A stretch of 32,000 nt of DNA from Mycobacterium tuberculosis H37Rv (GCF_000195955.2 NC_000962.3:990001-1022000); one strand, 5' to 3'. Shown: positions 16,693-26,235, counted from the first letter of the stretch. Made by a program: numbers and translations. The notes: generated from the sequence alone by a model not told the origin.

Positions 16693-18180
16693 TTAGTCGC
16701 GGGGCAACCCGATCCGGCGGTAGCGTTGCAACCGAGTCGCGAGGCGTTCCGGGGCCGGTATCTTCCGTAACGCGTGCACTTCGGCGGCGATGGCGTTCGA
16801 CAGTCGTAGGGCGAACTCGATCGGCTCGTCTGCGGCGTCGGGGTACTCCGGCACGATGGTGTCGACAATCCCCGACTTCAGTAGGTCGGCCGACCGGATG
16901 CCTTGGGCGGCAGCGAGTTCGGCGGCATGAGCAGTGTCTCGGAACACGATCGCGCTGGCTCCTTCGGGAGGCAAGGGCGCCAGCCAGCCGTGGAGTGCGG
17001 CCAGCACCCGGTCGGCGGGCAACATCGCCAGCGCCGGCCCGCCGCTGCCCTGGCCCAGCAGGATCGACACGGTCGGGGTATCCAGCGTGACGAGCTCGGC
17101 CAGGCAATGCGCGATCTGGCCGGCCAGCCCGCCCTGTTCGGCTGCGGCCGACAACGCGGGTCCGGCCGCGTCAATGACCAGCACCAGCGGCAGGCACAGC
17201 TCGGCGGCGAGCGCCATCCCGCGTCGGGCTTCGCGTAACGCAGCGGGCCCGACAGTGCTTCCCCCGCCGCCTACTGCCCTTTGCTGGCCGAGGACCACCG
17301 TGGGTTGGCCGCCAAAGCGGGCCAGCGCCAGCAGCGTGGTCGCCGCTTCGCCTTGATCGGTTCCTGACAACAACACCCGGTCGGTGGCGCCGTGTCGCAG
17401 TAGCTGCCTGACGCCCGGCCGGTCCGGCCGGCGCGATGCCACCACCGAGTCCCACGTGGGCACATCGGGTACGGGCGCGGGCGTCTGCGGTGCCGGAAGC
17501 GGTTCGGGAGCGTCGATGAGCACCGTCAACGCACGATCCAGCATCGGTCGTAGCCGGTCCAGTGCAACGACGCCGTCGATGATCCCATGCCGCCGTAGAT
17601 TCTCGGCGGTTTGGACGCCGGATGGGAAGGGGTCGCCATAGAGCAACTCATAGACCCGTGGTCCCAGAAAGCCGATCAGGGCGCCCGGCTCGGCGACGGT
17701 GAGATGCCCCAGCGAGCCCCACGACGCGAAAACTCCACCCGTGGTCGGATGGCGCAAATAGACCAGGTAGGGCAGGCGCGCCTGGTTGTGCAGCTGGATG
17801 GCCGCAGCGATCTTCACCATCTGCAGAAACGCGACCGTGCCTTCTTGCATGCGGGTGCCTCCCGAGCTTGGTGACGCCAGTAGCGGCAGCCGCTCGGCGG
17901 TCGCCCGCTCGACGGCGGCGGTGATCCGTTCGGCCGCTGCCACCCCAATCGAGCCGCCCAGGAAGTCGAACTCACAGGCCACCACGGCCACCCGCCGCCC
18001 GAATACGCGTCCCTCACCGGTCTGCACCGATTCGTCCGCGCCGGTGGCCGCCCGAGCGGCGGCCAGCTCCCGCGCATAGGAGTCGGCTACCGGCACCGCC
18101 AGCGGCTCGCTATCCCAGCTGACGAAAGATCCCCGGTCTAGCACCGCGTGCCGCAGTTGGTCGGTCGTGATACGACTCAC
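16693..18180 (-). CDS. accD3: Acyl-CoA carboxylase carboxyltransferase (beta) subunit AccD3
   Basis: Track ORF of 495 aa with a GTG start at 18180-18178. It has the tandem carboxyltransferase N and C halves typical of AccD proteins (FDFLGGSIGVAAAERI..., GQPTVVLGQQ..., VTLDTPTVSILLGQGSGGPALAM). Confidence 0.92.
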   Translation of the reverse strand: MSRITTDQLRHAVLDRGSFVSWDSEPLAVPVADSYARELAAARAATGADESVQTGEGRVFGRRVAVVACEFDFLGGSIGVAAAERITAAVERATAERLPLLASPSSGGTRMQEGTVAFLQMVKIAAAIQLHNQARLPYLVYLRHPTTGGVFASWGSLGHLTVAEPGALIGFLGPRVYELLYGDPFPSGVQTAENLRRHGIIDGVVALDRLRPMLDRALTVLIDAPEPLPAPQTPAPVPDVPTWDSVVASRRPDRPGVRQLLRHGATDRVLLSGTDQGEAATTLLALARFGGQPTVVLGQQRAVGGGGSTVGPAALREARRGMALAAELCLPLVLVIDAAGPALSAAAEQGGLAGQIAHCLAELVTLDTPTVSILLGQGSGGPALAMLPADRVLAALHGWLAPLPPEGASAIVFRDTAHAAELAAAQGIRSADLLKSGIVDTIVPEYPDAADEPIEFALRLSNAIAAEVHALRKIPAPERLATRLQRYRRIGLPRD

Positions 18181-18206
18181 GCGATGAGGCTATATAGGCT
18201 GACCCA

Positions 18207-18938
18207 ATGATCGGTATCACCCAGGCAGAAGCCGTGCTGACCATTGAGCTGCAACGCCCGGAGCGCCGCAACGCCTTAAATTCCCAGCTGGTCGAGGAGC
18301 TTACGCAGGCCATCCGGAAAGCCGGGGATGGATCGGCTCGGGCGATCGTGCTGACCGGCCAAGGCACCGCGTTCTGCGCTGGCGCGGACCTGAGCGGAGA
18401 CGCATTCGCCGCCGATTATCCCGACCGGCTCATCGAGCTGCACAAGGCGATGGACGCCTCCCCGATGCCAGTGGTCGGCGCGATCAACGGTCCCGCCATC
18501 GGCGCCGGCTTGCAGCTTGCCATGCAATGCGACCTGCGGGTTGTCGCGCCCGATGCCTTCTTCCAGTTTCCGACGTCGAAATACGGTCTGGCCCTGGATA
18601 ACTGGAGCATCCGCCGGCTGTCGTCGTTGGTTGGGCACGGACGTGCCCGCGCGATGCTGCTCAGCGCGGAAAAGCTGACCGCCGAGATCGCACTGCACAC
18701 CGGAATGGCGAATCGCATTGGCACTTTGGCCGACGCCCAGGCCTGGGCCGCCGAGATCGCCAGGCTGGCACCACTGGCTATCCAGCACGCCAAGCGGGTG
18801 CTCAACGACGACGGCGCTATCGAGGAAGCGTGGCCGGCCCATAAGGAACTCTTCGACAAAGCCTGGGGCAGCCAGGATGTCATCGAAGCGCAGGTTGCCC
18901 GGATGGAAAAGCGGCCGCCGAAGTTCCAAGGGGCTTAA
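18207..18938 (+). CDS. echA6: Enoyl-CoA hydratase/isomerase (crotonase) superfamily protein EchA6
   Basis: Track ORF of 243 aa with the crotonase fold ([12 protein letters not shown]..., [40 protein letters not shown]). Confidence 0.93.
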
Positions 18939-18943
18939 CCGTC

Positions 18944-20062
18944 ATGGTGCGCCGAGCGCTACGACTGGCGGCCGGCACCGCCTCGCTGGCCGCCGGCACG
19001 TGGCTGTTGCGTGCGCTGCACGGCACGCCGGCCGCGCTCGGTGCCGACGCGGCGTCGATCAGGGCTGTGTCGGAGCAATCGCCGAACTATCGTGACGGCG
19101 CCTTCGTCAACCTGGATCCCGCGTCGATGTTCACCCTGGATCGCGAGGAGCTTCGGCTCATCGTGTGGGAGTTAGTGGCCAGACACAGTGCGAGCCGGCC
19201 GGCGGCGCCGATCCCGTTGGCCTCGCCGAATATCTACCGGGGTGACGCCAGCCGGCTCGCCGTCAGCTGGTTCGGTCACTCGACGGCGCTGCTGGAAATC
19301 GACGGCTACCGGGTGCTTACCGATCCGGTGTGGAGCGATCGGTGCTCACCGTCCGACGTCGTCGGCCCCCAGCGCCTGCATCCGCCGCCGGTGCAACTGG
19401 CAGCTCTCCCGGCCGTCGACGCCGTGGTCATCAGCCACGACCACTACGACCATCTCGATATCGACACCGTGGTTGCGCTGGTCGGCATGCAACGGGCCCC
19501 GTTCCTTGTGCCGCTCGGGGTCGGCGCCCACCTTCGGTCGTGGGGTGTTCCGCAGGATCGCATTGTTGAGCTCGACTGGAACCAGAGCGCTCAGGTCGAT
19601 GAGCTCACCGTGGTCTGCGTGCCGGCACGGCACTTCTCGGGACGGTTCCTGAGCCGCAACACCACACTGTGGGCCTCGTGGGCGTTTGTTGGGCCGAACC
19701 ATCGCGCCTACTTCGGCGGTGATACCGGATACACCAAGAGCTTCACCCAGATCGGCGCGGACCACGGACCGTTCGACCTGACCCTGCTGCCCATCGGGGC
19801 CTACAACACGGCGTGGCCGGACATCCACATGAACCCCGAGGAGGCGGTCCGGGCGCACCTGGACGTCACCGATTCGGGCTCGGGAATGCTGGTGCCGGTG
19901 CACTGGGGCACCTTCCGGCTGGCCCCCCATCCGTGGGGCGAGCCGGTCGAGCGGCTGCTCGCGGCGGCTGAACCCGAGCACGTCACGGTAGCCGTGCCGC
20001 TACCCGGTCAGCGGGTCGACCCGACCGGGCCCATGAGATTGCACCCATGGTGGCGGCTGTAA
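18944..20062 (+). CDS. Rv0906: Metallo-beta-lactamase-fold hydrolase with an N-terminal signal/anchor, NAPE-PLD-like (Rv0906)
   Basis: Track ORF of 372 aa. It has a hydrophobic N-terminus (MVRRALRLAAGTASLAAGTWLLRALHG) and the HxHxDH metal motif ISHDHYDHLD. Its start is 5 nt after the echA6 stop. Confidence 0.88.
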   Translation: MVRRALRLAAGTASLAAGTWLLRALHGTPAALGADAASIRAVSEQSPNYRDGAFVNLDPASMFTLDREELRLIVWELVARHSASRPAAPIPLASPNIYRGDASRLAVSWFGHSTALLEIDGYRVLTDPVWSDRCSPSDVVGPQRLHPPPVQLAALPAVDAVVISHDHYDHLDIDTVVALVGMQRAPFLVPLGVGAHLRSWGVPQDRIVELDWNQSAQVDELTVVCVPARHFSGRFLSRNTTLWASWAFVGPNHRAYFGGDTGYTKSFTQIGADHGPFDLTLLPIGAYNTAWPDIHMNPEEAVRAHLDVTDSGSGMLVPVHWGTFRLAPHPWGEPVERLLAAAEPEHVTVAVPLPGQRVDPTGPMRLHPWWRL

Positions 20063-20135
20063 TTCCCCGCAGCGCCCGGCTAATGGTGCTAGGGGGCGAG
20101 CCGAGGCGATCAAACCACCGAGTGTTCCGGCCGCG

Positions 20136-21734
20136 TTGGCTACTATCTGCGGCCATGACCAAACGAGCGGCAACGGCCGCCATGGTGATGTTGCTGACGT
20201 TAACGGTTGCGGATCCACGCACCAGGCACTTGGCCCGCCGTCCGGGTTGCCCGATGCCTCTCCCAATGAGAGGTCAGCGATACAGATCCCCGCTGGCCGC
20301 ATCGACGATGCCGTGGCAAAGGTCGACGGCCTGGTCGGCGAGCTGATGCAGAATACCGGCATACCCGGAATGGCAGTGGCGATAGTCCATGGCGGAAAGA
20401 CGTTGTATGCCAAAGGGTTCGGTGTCAGAGACGTGGGCAAAGGTGGTGGTCCGGACAACAAGGTGGACGCCGACACCGTCTTTCAGTTGGCGTCGGTGTC
20501 CAAATCGGTCGGCGCCACGGTGGTGGCGCATGCGGTAACCGACAACGTCGTGACCTGGGATACGCCCGTCGTATCGAAGCTGCCGTGGTTTGCCCTTCGC
20601 GATCCCTACGTCACCGGCCAGGTAACCATTGCTGACCTCTACTCGCATCGCTCCGGCCTGCCCGACCATGCGGGCGATCTGTTGGAGGATTTGGGTTATG
20701 ACCGTCGACAGGTACTGCAGCGGCTGAAATACCTGCCGCTGGCACCGTTTCGAATCAGCTATGCCTACACCAACTTTGGTGTGACCGCGGCGGCCGAAGC
20801 GGTCGCGGCCGCGGCCGGCCAGTCCTGGGAGGACCTGTCCGACGAGGTGCTCTACCGCCCGTTGGGGATGGGGTCTACGAGTTCCCGGTTCACCGACTTT
20901 CTGGCCAGGCCCAACCATGCGGTCAACCACGTCAAGGTCGCAGACCGATGGGAGGCGCGCTACCAGCGCGATCCCGACGCCCAATCACCTGCGGGCGGGG
21001 TGAGTTCGTCTCTTAACGACATGACGCACTGGCTGGCCATGGTGCTGGCCGACGGCGTGTACAACGGCCGTCGGATCACGTCGCCGGAGGCCCTGCTCCC
21101 CGTCTACACGCCGCAGGTGATCTCTCGACACCCGGTGTCACCGAGAGCGCGGGCCAGCTTCTATGGCTACGGATTCAACGTGGGGGTAACCTCTTCGGGA
21201 CGCACCGAGTACAGCCATTCCGGCGCCTTCGGGCTGGGTGCCGCGGCGAATTTCGTGGTGCTGCCCTCCGAAGACCTGGCCATCATCGCGCTGACCAACG
21301 CCGGGCCCATCGGCGTGCCGGAGACGCTGACCGCCGAATTCATGGACTTGGTGCAGTACGGCCAGGTACGCGAGGACTGGGCGGCCCTGTACAAGAAGGC
21401 ATTTGCCCCGCTGAACGAGCTCGCGGGCTCGCTGGTCGGCAAGCAATCCCCGGCCAACCCAGCGCCGAGCAGACCGCTGAACGACTACGTCGGCGTGTAC
21501 GCCAACGACTACTGGGGGCCCGCCACCGTGACCTACCACGACGGCCAACTGCGCCTGTCGCTGGGGCCGAAGAACCAGACGTTCGATTTGACGCACTGGG
21601 ACGGCGACACTTTCACGTTCACGTTGTCGACCGAAAACGCATTGCCCGGATCGATTTCCAAGGCCACCTTCGCCGGCGACACGTTAAACCTGGAATACTA
21701 CGACGCCGACAAGCTGGGAACGTTTACCCGATGA
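20136..21734 (+). CDS. Rv0907: Serine beta-lactamase / PBP-like (class C-type) hydrolase (Rv0907). The 5' end is questionable (see findings).
   Basis: Track ORF of 532 aa starting at TTG 20136. It carries the SxxK motif ([10 protein letters not shown]) and YxN (YAYTNFG). Its stop overlaps the ctpE ATG (ATGA at 21731-21734). Confidence 0.85.
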
Positions 21735-24124
21735 CCCGTTCGGCTTCGGCGACAGCCGGTTTGACCGATGCCGAAGTGGCGCAACGGGTCGCCGAAGGCA
21801 AGAGCAACGATATCCCGGAACGGGTCACCCGCACCGTCGGGCAGATCGTCCGGGCCAACGTATTCACGCGGATCAACGCGATTCTGGGCGTTTTGCTGCT
21901 CATCGTCTTGGCGACGGGCTCGTTGATCAACGGGATGTTCGGCCTGCTCATCATCGCCAACAGCGTCATCGGCATGGTCCAGGAGATCCGTGCCAAGCAG
22001 ACGCTGGACAAACTCGCGATCATCGGACAGGCGAAACCGTTGGTGCGCAGGCAATCCGGAACGCGCACGCGGTCGACCAACGAGGTGGTGCTGGACGACA
22101 TCATCGAACTTGGGCCCGGGGACCAGGTTGTCGTCGACGGCGAGGTCGTCGAGGAGGAAAACTTGGAGATCGACGAATCATTGCTGACCGGCGAGGCCGA
22201 CCCGATTGCCAAAGACGCTGGCGATACCGTGATGTCGGGCAGTTTCGTCGTCTCCGGTGCCGGCGCCTACCGCGCCACCAAGGTCGGCAGCGAAGCATAT
22301 GCAGCCAAACTGGCCGCCGAGGCCAGCAAGTTCACCCTGGTGAAATCCGAATTGCGCAACGGCATCAACAGGATTCTGCAGTTCATCACTTACTTGTTGG
22401 TGCCGGCCGGCCTGCTGACCATCTACACCCAGTTGTTCACCACACACGTGGGATGGCGGGAATCCGTGTTGCGGATGGTGGGCGCGCTGGTGCCGATGGT
22501 TCCCGAAGGCCTGGTGCTGATGACCTCGATCGCCTTCGCCGTCGGGGTGGTCAGGCTCGGCCAGCGTCAATGCCTGGTGCAAGAGTTGCCCGCCATCGAG
22601 GGGTTGGCGCGGGTGGACGTGGTCTGCGCCGACAAGACCGGCACACTGACCGAAAGTGGCATGCGGGTCTGCGAGGTCGAAGAGCTCGACGGGGCTGGTC
22701 GACAGGAAAGTGTCGCCGATGTGCTGGCCGCCCTGGCCGCCGCCGACGCCCGTCCCAACGCGAGCATGCAGGCAATCGCCGAGGCCTTTCACTCGCCGCC
22801 GGGCTGGGTCGTGGCCGCGAACGCGCCTTTCAAGTCGGCCACCAAGTGGAGCGGCGTCTCCTTTCGCGATCACGGTAACTGGGTGATCGGCGCGCCCGAC
22901 GTGCTGCTCGATCCGGCTTCGGTGGCGGCCAGACAGGCCGAGCGGATCGGAGCGCAGGGATTGCGGGTGCTGCTGCTGGCTGCTGGCAGTGTGGCCGTCG
23001 ACCATGCCCAAGCGCCGGGTCAGGTCACCCCGGTAGCGCTGGTTGTGCTGGAGCAGAAGGTGCGGCCCGACGCCCGTGAAACGCTGGATTATTTTGCTGT
23101 TCAGAATGTTTCGGTCAAGGTGATCTCCGGTGACAACGCGGTGTCGGTTGGTGCGGTCGCCGACCGGCTCGGGCTGCATGGCGAGGCGATGGATGCGCGT
23201 GCGCTGCCGACGGGCCGCGAAGAACTGGCCGACACACTGGACTCTTACACCAGTTTTGGCCGTGTGCGGCCGGACCAGAAGCGTGCGATCGTGCATGCTC
23301 TGCAATCACACGGGCATACCGTGGCGATGACCGGCGACGGCGTCAACGACGTGCTTGCCCTCAAGGACGCTGATATCGGTGTGGCGATGGGCTCGGGCAG
23401 CCCGGCCTCGCGTGCGGTGGCACAGATCGTGTTGCTGAACAACCGGTTTGCCACGCTGCCCCATGTGGTCGGCGAGGGGCGTCGGGTCATCGGCAATATC
23501 GAACGGGTCGCCAATCTATTCCTGACTAAGACGGTGTATTCCGTGTTGCTGGCGCTGCTGGTGGGTATTGAGTGCTTAATTGCCATACCGCTGCGGCGTG
23601 ATCCGCTGTTGTTCCCGTTCCAGCCGATCCACGTCACCATCGCGGCCTGGTTCACTATCGGGATCCCAGCGTTCATCCTGTCCTTGGCGCCCAACAACGA
23701 GCGGGCCTATCCGGGCTTCGTTCGGCGAGTTATGACGTCTGCGGTGCCGTTCGGACTAGTCATCGGTGTCGCGACTTTCGTCACCTATCTGGCCGCTTAC
23801 CAGGGTCGCTACGCCTCGTGGCAGGAGCAGGAACAGGCGTCGACCGCTGCGCTGATCACGTTGTTGATGACCGCGTTATGGGTGCTGGCGGTGATCGCAC
23901 GCCCCTATCAGTGGTGGCGACTGGCGCTGGTGCTTGCCTCCGGACTGGCCTATGTGGTGATCTTCAGCCTTCCGCTGGCGCGGGAGAAGTTCCTGCTGGA
24001 TGCCTCGAACCTGGCGACGACGTCAATCGCGCTGGCGGTTGGCGTGGTGGGTGCGGCGACCATTGAGGCGATGTGGTGGATCCGAAGCAGGATGCTCGGT
24101 GTGAAACCGAGAGTGTGGCGATAA
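21731..24124 (+). CDS. ctpE: P-type cation-transporting ATPase CtpE (P2-like; reported as a calcium transporter in mycobacteria)
   Basis: Track ORF of 797 aa. It has the actuator motif LTGEAD, the phosphorylation site [10 protein letters not shown], the hinge [24 protein letters not shown] and multiple TM helices. Confidence 0.95.
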
Positions 24125-24480
24125 CCGCGAATCGCCGCGCATTAGCGCCCGCAGTTCGGGCAATCCGAGGGCGTTGCGGCGTAGTGCATCCAGGCGGCCA
24201 TTGATGGCTTCGGTAGGGCTGGTCTTGCCGCGGCGCCGGTCGGGGTGGGCGTAGGCGGCGATCAGGCGCTGGGAGAAGCCCCAGCACATTTTGCCGTGTG
24301 TTGAGCGGTGGGTAGCGCGTGCGCGGGGTGTGTCGTACTCGGTAGAGCGGATCTCCGCGCGGCCCCGGTGACCGCCCGTGAGCTGTTGGATGGTTGGTGG
24401 TGCATATCGTCGGTCTGTCGATCGAGACCACAGCACCGACCGACTCCGCGATTACTCCCATCATGGTCCGGGAAATCAAC
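24125..24480 (-). pseudogene. Degenerate ISL3-family-like transposase remnant (frameshifted, internally deleted), unannotated as far as I recall
   Basis: Minus-strand translations in two frames give ordered blocks typical of actinobacterial ISL3/IS1557-type transposases: AVVSIDRP (about 24434-24411); QQLTGGHRGR (24388-24359); then, 2 nt later in another frame, GDPLYRVRHTPRTR (24356-24315); CWGFSQRLIAAYAHPDRRRGK (24286-24224); TSPTEAINGRLDALRRNALGLPELRAL (24223-24143). No intact ORF or terminal inverted repeats were seen. Confidence 0.55.
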
Positions 24481-24680
24481 ATCGGTGAGATCCCCCTAGG
24501 CCTCAGGCTGGGCAGCGACACCACACTGCTCGACGCCGCTCTCGCGGGTGGGTAACACCGGCAGCCAGCTTTCGGGCTTTTCCCGACCGGCTCTAAGGGC
24601 TGGTTGCAGTCAACCGCACCGCGACAAGTAGGGTTCACCAGAGGATACTGGGGCCAAGCTCGTGGCAAGAAACGGTACGC

Positions 24681-24860
24681 ATGGGAATCCTGGACAAGGT
24701 AAAGAACCTGCTGTCGCAGAACGCCGACAAGGTCGAGACGGTGATCAACAAAGCGGGCGAATTCGTCGACGAGCAGACGCAAGGCAATTATTCTGACGCC
24801 ATCCACAAGCTGCATGACGCGGCCAGCAACGTCGTCGGCATGAGCGACCAGCAGAGCTAG
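24681..24860 (+). CDS. Rv0909: 59-aa small acidic protein, MT0933-like putative antitoxin (Rv0909)
   Basis: Not in the ORF track (short). Hand translation from ATG 24681 gives [59 protein letters not shown]. The stop TAG is at 24858-24860, 5 nt before the Rv0910 ATG. Confidence 0.8.
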
Positions 24861-24865
24861 CACGC

Positions 24866-25300
24866 ATGGCGAAACTGTCCGGATCCATCGACGTACCGCT
24901 GCCACCGGAGGAAGCCTGGATGCACGCCTCCGATCTGACTCGTTACCGAGAGTGGCTGACCATCCACAAGGTATGGCGCAGCAAGTTGCCCGAAGTGCTC
25001 GAGAAGGGCACGGTCGTCGAGTCGTATGTCGAGGTCAAGGGCATGCCCAACCGGATCAAGTGGACGATCGTGCGGTACAAACCCCCGGAGGGCATGACGC
25101 TCAACGGCGACGGTGTGGGTGGTGTCAAAGTCAAGCTGATCGCTAAGGTAGCGCCGAAAGAGCACGGCTCCGTCGTCAGCTTCGATGTGCACCTCGGCGG
25201 CCCGGCCCTGCTCGGGCCGATCGGCATGATCGTCGCCGCTGCATTGCGAGCCGACATCCGCGAATCGCTGCAGAACTTCGTCACGGTGTTTGCCGGCTGA
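24866..25300 (+). CDS. Rv0910: SRPBCC (polyketide cyclase/dehydrase-like, START-fold) protein, reported toxin partner of Rv0909 (Rv0910)
   Basis: Track ORF of 144 aa. It has an SRPBCC-like pattern (MAKLSGSIDVPLPPEEAWMHASDLTRYREWLTIH..., a beta-rich middle and a C-terminal helix). It is tightly coupled to the upstream 59-aa ORF. Confidence 0.85.
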   Translation: MAKLSGSIDVPLPPEEAWMHASDLTRYREWLTIHKVWRSKLPEVLEKGTVVESYVEVKGMPNRIKWTIVRYKPPEGMTLNGDGVGGVKVKLIAKVAPKEHGSVVSFDVHLGGPALLGPIGMIVAAALRADIRESLQNFVTVFAG

Positions 25301-25397
25301 CCGGCGAACGTGATCGGTGTCGATGAGTTTCAGACTCCGGGGCGGTCGGTACCTGTGAACCCTGATCCAGGGCCCGACACAGACTAGGAGGTCATCC

Positions 25398-26171
25398 GTG
25401 CCTACTCGTAGTAGCGCGCCGCTGGGCGCACCCTGCTGGATCGACTTGACGACTTCGGACGTCGACCGTGCCCAAGATTTCTACGGCACGGTGTTCGGCT
25501 GGGCGTTCGAGTCCGCGGGACCCGACTACGGCGGATACATCAATGCCGCCAAGGGCGGTCACCCGGTCGCCGGCCTGATGGCCAATCGGCCCGAGTTTCA
25601 GTCTCCCGACGGCTGGGCCACCTACTTTCATACCGTCGACATCGGTGCGACCGTGGCCAAGTTGGCTGCCGCGGGCGGTTCGTCGTGCCTGGACCCGATG
25701 GAAGTACCCGGCAAGGGCTTCATGAGCCTGGCGGTCGATCCGTCGGGTGCGGCCTTCGGCCTGTGGCAGCCGCTGCAGCACCACGGCTTCGAGGTGATCG
25801 GTGAAGCCGGCTCGCCCGTCTGGCATCAGCTGACGACGCGCGACTACCGTTCCGTCATAGACTTCTACCGCCAGGTCTTCGGGTGGCGCACCGAACAGAT
25901 TTCCGACACTGACGAATTCTGCTACACCACAGCATGGTTCGACGATCAGCAATTGCTCGGTGTGATGGACGGCAGCTCCTGTCTCCCCGAAGGCGTTCCG
26001 TCGAATTGGACCATATTCTTTGGTGCCGAGGACGTTGACGAGACGTTGCGGGTGATCTGCGACAACGGCGGAAGTGTGGTGCGGGCCGCCGAGAACACCC
26101 CGTATGGCCGATTGGCCGCGGCAGCCGACCCGATGGGCGTTGTCTTCAATTTGTCGTCTCTGCAGGCGTAA
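25398..26171 (+). CDS. Rv0911: Two-domain VOC/glyoxalase-bleomycin-resistance-fold protein (Rv0911)
   Basis: Track ORF of 257 aa. The GTG start is preceded by a strong SD, AGGAGG (25386-25391). It has two repeats of the VOC pattern (WIDLTTSDVDRAQDFYGTVFGW... / WHQLTTRDYRSVIDFYRQVFGW...), each ending in DPxG..F. Confidence 0.9.
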   Translation: MPTRSSAPLGAPCWIDLTTSDVDRAQDFYGTVFGWAFESAGPDYGGYINAAKGGHPVAGLMANRPEFQSPDGWATYFHTVDIGATVAKLAAAGGSSCLDPMEVPGKGFMSLAVDPSGAAFGLWQPLQHHGFEVIGEAGSPVWHQLTTRDYRSVIDFYRQVFGWRTEQISDTDEFCYTTAWFDDQQLLGVMDGSSCLPEGVPSNWTIFFGAEDVDETLRVICDNGGSVVRAAENTPYGRLAAAADPMGVVFNLSSLQA

Positions 26172-26235
26172 TGGCGAATCGGGCTGCCGCGTGGCGCGCG
26201 GCGACCCGCCCATGCGCAGTATTAGTGTCACAACC

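Noticed and set aside
22178-23305. 375-aa minus-strand ORF antisense to ctpE, with several smaller ones in 21698-23697
   Set aside because: There is no recognisable domain and the sequence is low-complexity and Arg/Gly-rich. The plus strand carries unmistakable P-type ATPase motifs (DKTGT, GDGVND).
24770-24782. 13-nt match (CGAGCAGACGCAA) to the left arm of the 10771 hairpin, inside Rv0909
   Set aside because: There is no inverted partner nearby and it lies in frame within coding sequence (DEQTQ). It is most likely chance, or at best a decayed half-site, and not a hairpin element.
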